Assembly (NCBI GenBank): GCA_977016875.1
Contig: CDRNST010000114.1
Coordinates: 558,001 to 622,000, forward strand
Length of the DNA stretch: 64,000 nt
From: Pavona decussata
Taxonomy: Eukaryota
Direction of reading: 5' to 3'
Shown: positions 42,701 to 51,700 of the stretch, in pieces
Numbering within the stretch: position 1 is the stretch's first letter
Layout of the letters: the number at the start of each line of letters is the position of its first letter
Position numbers and translations under genes: made by a program
The notes under the pieces: generated by a model
What the model saw: the letters and a program-made list of their open reading frames with translations, nothing else
What the model was told of the DNA's origin: nothing
Databases searched by the model: none

Positions 42701-45700
42701 GTGATGTTTTTGTTGCCGTTGCCGTTGTTGTTGCTTAAGCTCCCTAACATGTGAATCCCAGCTTTGGATCTTGGAAGAAAATGATTACTGACACAATGCT
42801 GCAACTGTAACAACCAACCATTCAACAACCAAATTGCTCACCCTTATCTCTAGCTCTGCTCTCTCACTGTTGGAATCACCAGACACCTCCAGGGCCTTAA
42901 CAAGTTCTTCCTTTTCCTCCATCAACTTTGCCACTTTGTCTTGAAGCTATAGATTAAATTCAACAAGGTTCAAGCAATCAAGATGAACTCTAGATACAAA
43001 AAAGGCCAGTTCTCTCAAAGTGCCAACACCCAATGATTTTTTCCCTACAGTCCAACATTTGCAACTTACTCAATACAGGACACCACCCCCTCCCCTCCCC
43101 CAATCAAAGGCAATAACAACAATAACTTATTACTCATTCTGTACATATTGATCAAATGTACATGTACATTACACACTGAAATCTAAAACTCTAGACCAGA
43201 ATTTCCAGTGAAGATATATTAATAAACAATACTCAACCTGATCTGAAAAACTTAATATAAAGCCACAGTATCAATAAAATATCCCATAATATAACTGATT
43301 TTTAGAAATCTAATAAAGAAATACATGTACAGCATCAAGAGAATATCCGAGGAATCTAGCCTTTGCCACCAACTAAAGGTCTCCAAGTCCACAAATAAAA
43401 ACTGAAACAGATTTGTAGAGGCATGGCAGTGGAGTGGTTGCCACATTAAAGGGTTGGTGCAATGGACTAGTAAACATCCCATCATAACGACAAATATTTA
43501 CACAGGATAACACATCAGTGCAAGAAGCAAGTTATTAATTAAAAGGGGTCCCGTGGAATAATAACTACTACGTAGTACTTATTGCAGAAAACAGAGCAGC
43601 CTAGGGAAATACGAAAAAAAGAGACAAAGAAAGGGAAAGGGGGAAAGGGCTCTGCCCTAACTACCGTATTTTTTTGGTTATAAGGCACACTCAGTTTTAA
43701 GACACACCATTAACTTTAAAATTAACTTAAAACAAATTGTAACAAGTTTGCAAAATGAAACTTTCATCTACTGGTGTAAATACCCAGTTATAAGACGCAA
43801 CCAGAATTACAGGAAATTTTTTTACCACATTCACTGTAACTACAACAATCTGCTTCCAAATTTGCTGATTACCGTCGTTTCGCGCACATTTTTCAAGCAT
43901 ATCTTCTTCCATGTCAAACTTACCCAAAAGATTTTCAGTTGAATTCATGAGGCCTTTTCATGTCTTTTGTGTTGACTTATGATTGTGTCTACTGGGTCAC
44001 TTCAACCTTACTGTGGTAACCATGAGGCAAAAATTTGCAAACATTTGGCATTCAGACAGGAATCCAAGCACCCTTCTATAAGCTGAGTACTCTTACCTCA
44101 CTCATTGCTACCACAGAGTCAGTATTCTCAACATTGGTTGATTGCTGGCTTTTTGCAGAATCAATCTTCATTTCCAGCTCCTGCAAGCACAAGAATAACA
44201 TTTTCAAATCACATTTGGGATCTTAAATCAGGCCCTAAAAATGCCAACATGATCATTGTTATTATTGTAACCCCCTACAGCTGCATAAATAAACCTGACC
44301 CATAAGACCTTACATGAAAACACCCTCCCACACAATAGCCCCAGGTTAAAATGCAAAACCTTAAAGACAAGAGTTGAAGTTCTTGCTTCTTTTTAGCCTT
44401 AACACTTATGTGCTTTTGATCAGTGAATCTGTTTGGCTGTTGAAGATTTTGAATATGCTCAACTTTTCATTAGAATCTGTGGAAGTCACTGATTTAACCT
44501 CTACTTCTCATGTAGTCTTGTCAACTTGCAATGCTTGCAATCCTTATGAATCTGAATTTTTGTTGACTCTCATTCTTATAATCTGGTCCAGGCTACATGC
44601 TTTCCCTATGAAATGATGTCTAAGAATATTGAATCTAAAAAGTCTAGGACATCCCAGGTCAGGGTTTAAAGCCTTTTGTAATCAGTAAGAAAATTTTGGG
44701 CATTAGGTTTCCCAGATGTGGCTCAACGAAATGTGGTTAAATGTTGCAACAGAAAAAGAAAGAGGGATGCCTGATCACAAACTGGACAACAAACTCAATC
44801 CAAGGCCACTCTCCACATCTACAACATACATGTAGGAGGCAGAAACAGGCAAAGTTTGGAATTACTAGGAAAGGGAAGTACAGTGGGGGGCTGTGTACAG
44901 CTGTAGCATGTTTAATAAGTGAACAAGGGCATGTGGCTGAAGTGTTCACAAACAGTTCTCACCTTGCAGTTTTCTAAGAGCTGCCATTTCTCTTGTTCAA
45001 GTTTTGTTAATGTGTCTTGAGATTTTTCTTTCTCTAACTGGAGTTCCTATTAAAAAGTGGACGAGGAATAATCAATGCCACAAGTTTTCAAATAACTACA
45101 TTGTAAGCATAAGATACAAATTTGATGCCCTCAAGGTACTGCCAGCAGGTGGTAAGACAGTTAGTAGTTTAATTAGAGAAACATAACAAAATGTACATGT
45201 ACACAGATATCACTAAGAGCCAGCTACCAGCAAATTACGCTGTCTGAAAGATATCAAATATCCCCAGCAGAAATTTCAACACAACACAAAATACTTGAGG
45301 CTTATTTTAAAGGTGCACAGTCCAAAAGGGCTGGCTGGGTTTATTAATTAATGAGCCTGCGAATGTTTATCTTAGCTACATTTCCACATGTTTGCTAGTT
45401 TGGAACTGAGTAAAGGAAAATCTACCTGAATCTTCTGCAGCAGGTCTTGATTATCCCTTTTTAGCTGTTCCTGTGTTTTGTCCTCTTGAAGAGCTTGCAG
45501 TTCCAAAGCATCTTTGTACTTCTGTATTTTGTCACAAAGGAATTAAAATTTCCTAAAATTAATGGGTTATTCAGATAACAAAATTTGAGTTTTTTTACAT
45601 GTCAAAAATAAGCTGCCATTTCTGTGTACAGCGGAAGCTCTCTTAACGGACACTCTTGAAGGCGGACAGCTCTACTTACCTCCCATACAAACTCTGTATT

Positions 45701-48700
45701 TACACATTCCTGTAAGCTGACATTCCCATAACTGGCCACAGACACTTTCAGGGGTTACTTTTCCTTTGTTTTTAAGCTCCCATAAAGGGACCCCCGAAAG
45801 GAAATTCCAAGAAAAGCCCAACAAAACGCGATAAACTAGCCACGCAACGAAAAACGCTGAGTAGAGGAAATTTCCGAGCACGTGCAAAGGAGCACGCCTA
45901 AACTGCAAGAGAATACCGCTGGCCACGCAACTGCCTGCAGACCAGAACCAGGCCCCAACCAGTAATGTAACAACAAATCCCCAAACGCTAAATAAATGTG
46001 CTACCCGTGCTCAAACTATACGCCAATAAACGCTAACGCCTCGCTACGCCACGCCACCAAGGAGCAAACTTGCACCAAGTTGTTAACTAAGTTAAATTAC
46101 ATTTAACCCTATTTTAATCAATGAACCTTGGATCGTTGTTCCTCACAATGATTTTACAGTGCAGTTATTTACTTCAGTTATCTCCATTATCGCCGCAATG
46201 TATAAGGCAATAAAACAAAAATAAAATCATGTAATATGGTGTTTTTTTTTTTTTTGGCATTTCCAATGTTTACATGTATCATTAGCTTGGCAAGCTCCCG
46301 CAAACGGCCAGCTACACCTCTAGTGCCCACTTACAAGAACCATTCTCGTAAGCAGCCAGCTCCAGTTACGGACACCTTTTCCACGTCCCGAGGGTTTCCA
46401 CTGTAGATATAATAAAAAATGGGCATCTGAAAGGCATTTTTCACTGCATACCTTTGCCTCCTTAACAACAGTTTGATATTCTTCCTGTAGAACTCTAAGA
46501 GATTGCTGAAGTCCATCTCTCTCCATCACAACAGCAGAAATATCTTCTTCAAACTCCTATACAAGTTCAATTTATTATTTTACAATTAGCAAAGCTACGA
46601 GACTCAGCAAGGAATACTATTTTTTTAATTACAATTCATTAAAATAACAACAGCATAGTACTTTGTTAATCTTCAGTTAAAAAACACGAACTAACTTGTG
46701 AGTTAACACTGGTTTGTTGAAGCTTGTTTGTTTTTCTTTTCTTTTCTATTTTACAAAGATCTTCCATCCTAGAAAGTAGTTAGTACCCAAGGAAAATGAC
46801 ATTATTGCTCTTGCTAAACAATCAGAACTGGTCTACATATCATTGCTAGAGTACCAAAATAAAAAATAATAATTATTATTACTTCAACAAGAAATGGTTT
46901 CAAAGAGTATTATTATTATATTATTATTTTCCTCACAATGATTTTGAAAGATATTTTTTGAATTCATCTTTTTACTCACTGTTCACAAATCAAACTTTCT
47001 TATTCATTTATTCATTCATCTCTTCGTTTAATATTCATTGATAAATTATTTATTTATTTACTTATTTATTAGTGCTGAAAAATGCCCATCCCCTTACTTT
47101 GACTGTTTTCTCATGTTCATGTTCCAACTCACTGTACATTCCCCGTAAACCATCATTTTCTTCAAGCATCTTCCGTCCAAGTTCAGCAGCCATTTTTAAC
47201 TCTTGGTTTTTCTTTAAAATCTGATTAATGAGAGGTTGATAATCTTTGAATTTAAACATTATATTTAGACAACCTTTGTATGTTTTTATCCGAACAGTAG
47301 CTTAAGGCTTCAATTGAACATTTAATATTTATCTTATATTATATTTAGAGTACTGTTATTTTTCTAGCATTTAAAGCTCACAGTACTTAATAAACCCTTA
47401 GTGTTTGCAGTTAACAAACTTTCAGTGCAAGGAAACTGCTTATAACAGATCAATGAAATTATTAGAATAGCATTTATAAAGTTAGAATACATATGCACAA
47501 GTGTCAGAAACACTTCATATTTGAAATTGTTTGAATTTTAAGAAATCTACTTCCTATTTTTGTTTAAAAGATAACGTGATTCATACAATTTAATAAGAAT
47601 TTCTGTGCTTAAATTTCTATTACAGTCGAACCTCCACTAACGGCCACCTCTCCACAATGGCCACATTTTTTTGTCCCGGCAGACAGTCCATACATTACCT
47701 CTTGTATAAACAACTCTACAACGGCAACGGCCACTAAAGTGCATCCCCGACTGCCAAAATAACCTCTCGATATCCACCAGTACAGTTCTTTTTTGCAAAA
47801 ACCTTTTTTTATAAACTGATGCAGTAATCGACATTTGTCTTCGGAACATTATATACGTATTTTGATTGTGTTCCATTTATATGCTGCTGAGTAAGCATAA
47901 ATTTTCTGCAATAATATAGCCAATGTTGCAAACTTTGCTCGTTTCGTCTTGTTAACATTTTGATTCAAAGCATTATTTATGTTTTATTGCGTATTTTATC
48001 TATATATATTATTTAAGATTGGATTACCATTATAGGCTACAGTAAGCATGAACTTGGCACAATAAACATGTTGTACTTCCTGAAAAAAAGGTGTCATATT
48101 ACACCCCTACCTCCCCATAACGGCCACCTCTCCGCAACGGCTGCTTTCTTATGTCCCCAAGGTTGCCGTTGTGGAGAGGTTCAACTGTATTTAATGCTTA
48201 TTAAATTAATGTGCTGTCACTGATAACTGCTCCCCTCTTCATAATTACCTTGAATTTCCAATCAAACATAGTTTTTCATTGTCCTTCTTTAAAAAGAATC
48301 TTTGAAAACCTGCCTACACATTTATCTCTTAAATCTGAAAACCATAGTCACTTTAATTAAACTTTGAAAGAACTAAAGAAGACATTCAAATTATTTTAAA
48401 AAGCCCACTCTTTAATTCCAACAGCCTCATACTTGGTCACTTTACTATTTTTAACATGCTCTTGCCATTTCTGACAATAGTCAACTTACACCCGTAATTT
48501 ACTGACATCCCACAAACCCAGCTACAAAGGGCAAACAGTGAGTTCTTATCCACTCTTGAAATGGGAAATGTACAATAATTATAATAATATATGATATACT
48601 TCAAATTCGTTTTTGGTTTGAAAGTTGTGAAATCAAAATCAAACTGGTTTATGGTGATATGAAAACAGATAATATCACATCAGACAAGTATGGGAAATAT

Positions 48701-51700
48701 TAACACATAGCTGCCTATTGCACTGTTTGGTGGTACTGTACAAACTCTGAATATAATAATTCTCCCAAGTTTAAAATCTGCCATTATATACACTACAGTG
48801 CATGCACTTCTCTGTACCTTATCTTTTTTCTCAAACTCAGCATGCACTCCTCTGGACAGCCACTCTCTCTTCTCATTTTCTAGTCTTTGTACCTCATTTC
48901 TTTCCTCCTCCAGATGTGATGATAATTCTATATGACATTATCCAACAATAACAAAAATATTAATGCCATGCCCCATCTACATCTGCAACTTTGCATTTCC
49001 AGAACTACCAAAAATACAAATAAAGACATGAAAACCCATCTACAGGTAGGCATAAACTGGAAAAAAATTGGAGCAATTTTGATTAATTAAACAATTAATT
49101 TATATGTGTCTAATGATCACATAGGCATAACAACAAGGGGAATATTGCTTAATAAACACAGACAATAAATTATCTGAGAACAATAATTATTGTTCTGATA
49201 ACAAATTATAAGTAACAAGTTCAATTCAAACCAAGGAAGGGCTAAACATTTTGTACATTTTTGGGGGAGTTTAAAATTTTTCAAACCAGTTTAATTTTCA
49301 TTTTTGTTTAATATGCAGTATTCATTACCATAATCTGAGACAAAGGGGAATAAAAATCAAACTGGTTTGAAAATTTTTACACCAAAAAAAAATTTTGAAC
49401 CTGACAGCATACACATATTAGATATGTAAAAGATCAATAGATAAGGTAACATTGTAGATTTCAACTTCAAGCTGAATGTCAAACATTAGCACTGTAGTGA
49501 TTTTACATGTACTTCTATGTTACACTGTAATTGTTGAAATTTACACAGTTGTTGTCTGATAGCACCACTGAGCTGGAAAACTTCAATGCTTAAGGTAACC
49601 ATACATTTTAAAAACTTAAAACTAATATGTAATTCACACTTTACCTTCGCATTTTGCTTTGGTTTGCTTCAATAGAGCAAGTTGTTTCTTGACATACTTT
49701 ATGAGGTCTTCTTTTGGAAGTGACTCAAGCTGTGAGACAAGTATTAAGCAAAACAATTCAATAATGAAATACTGAAATACAAAGTCTGGCAAACCAATAA
49801 TAGCCAGCTAACCTTTGAAACATTACAGCACTGATTTAAATTGCTTTGTTACAGAAAGTATCTATACCCCTCCCAAAGAAGATTTTTTCTTTTTTGACAA
49901 AAAGACACACCACCCCTCTGAAGAAATGTCAATTTTGTTTTATACTTTCCTTTAACAACTTTGACTTTAAAAAGGAAATTTCAGTATAAAAGGGGTCTGG
50001 CCTGGCCTGACCATTCTCACCTTCAGTTGACAATAAACCTTCAAAGCATAAACAACTTACAAACAACATGCGCCTTTTTCTATGACCATTACTGATAAAA
50101 TTGGCTTGCTTTACGGAATAATGCCTGTTGTTACTGAATTAGAAACTGATGTCTTATTAATATTGCTATGATTAATAAGAAAGTCTTATTAATATTGCTA
50201 TGCAAATACTTCAACTTAGCTTTCTCTATCACTATAGAAATAAAGTTAACTATGTTCCAGTACAAAACCTTACATGATATAGTTTTTACTAGAAGCAAAT
50301 TATTTAAAGCTAATTTGGTGAGCAGTGATCTTTGCTATTTATGTTCAAAAACAAAACAAGATCCAAAACATATGCTTGTTTTATGTCCGGTAGTATCAAA
50401 GTTCTGGAAAATCTTTCTGGAATGGTATGAGACTCATACTGCCATAAAACTAGAATTGTCAGCCGCAAAAATCTTATATGGTATCATAGATAAGGCCCAC
50501 CTTTGTAATTTAACTAATCACCTCCTACTAATTGCGAAATACTATATATATTGTTGCAGCAGTATTAATGAAGAACCTTTGTCTTTTAGTATTTATCTAA
50601 CAATAGTGATAAGCAAAGCTGATATCGAAAAACAAATATCAACAACGACTAATTCAAATGAACGCTATTCCAATAAATGGAAACCTTTAATTGACAAAAA
50701 ATTTGTAACCTAGAGCTGTATATTACATTTCTTTGTACTTTGTAAGATATAACGGAAATAAGCAAACCATAGTAGTGAATGTAATTGTATTCTTTTTTGT
50801 TCTTTCGTTGTATTCTAGTGTATTGTAAGTATTATTTGTACATATTGTAAGGGTAATATAGATATTGTCATTAAAAAAAAAAATTAATACTGCTATGGCA
50901 CCATGATATTTTAAGGCACATTTTTTTCAAAACAGGCTTGACTCAAAAAATAGTCATGATTGAAGAGTGTCTAAATTAGCATTTCACGCCCACAAAGGTA
51001 TGAAAGGAAGACGGAACCTGCCCTTTTATAGTGAAACTTCTTGTTTAAGACTTCCCACCCCATTGTAACTTTACACGTATGTGAGGAGGTAACCTGTAAT
51101 CAGGTACAATTTTAGCAGTGCTCTCTTATTTTAATCCTAATTTACTAAATTTTGCATTTCCCGTGCCTTGAAGAAATTCAAACAGAACATGATCACAGGT
51201 TAGTGGGCAAGGGTATTCGCAAGAAGAAAATTTTAATCAGATGCTTTGCATACCTGTGATTTTCCTTGAGGTTTCATTGGGGTGGTGCCTGATGAGCCCT
51301 CCTTCTTCACCCCTTTAGTTACACCAAGGGGGTCAGTGTCATTCTGTCACAAGTTAAAACAATAATAAATTGATTAATGTATTATATTGGGGCGAGAAAA
51401 GCTTAGTACACTCCTGTCATATGGTTTGTCTGTTGCATAGATTCCTGTCCATCAGAATGTACAGTGTAACGAGTGACACAAGAGTGACAAGACATTGCTG
51501 CGTAACTTGTCATTTTGTGCATTTGAAATATACCATAATTATATATGAGGGTATATTGCAAACTCACAATATGACCAGCTCCCAGTTGGCTTGATAGCTC
51601 AGGTGGTAGAGCACTGCACCAGTGTCACAAAGGTCATGGGTTTGGATTCTGTTCAAACCTGACTTTTTTCCAGGCTTTCTTTTCGAAACTGCTGTGTATA

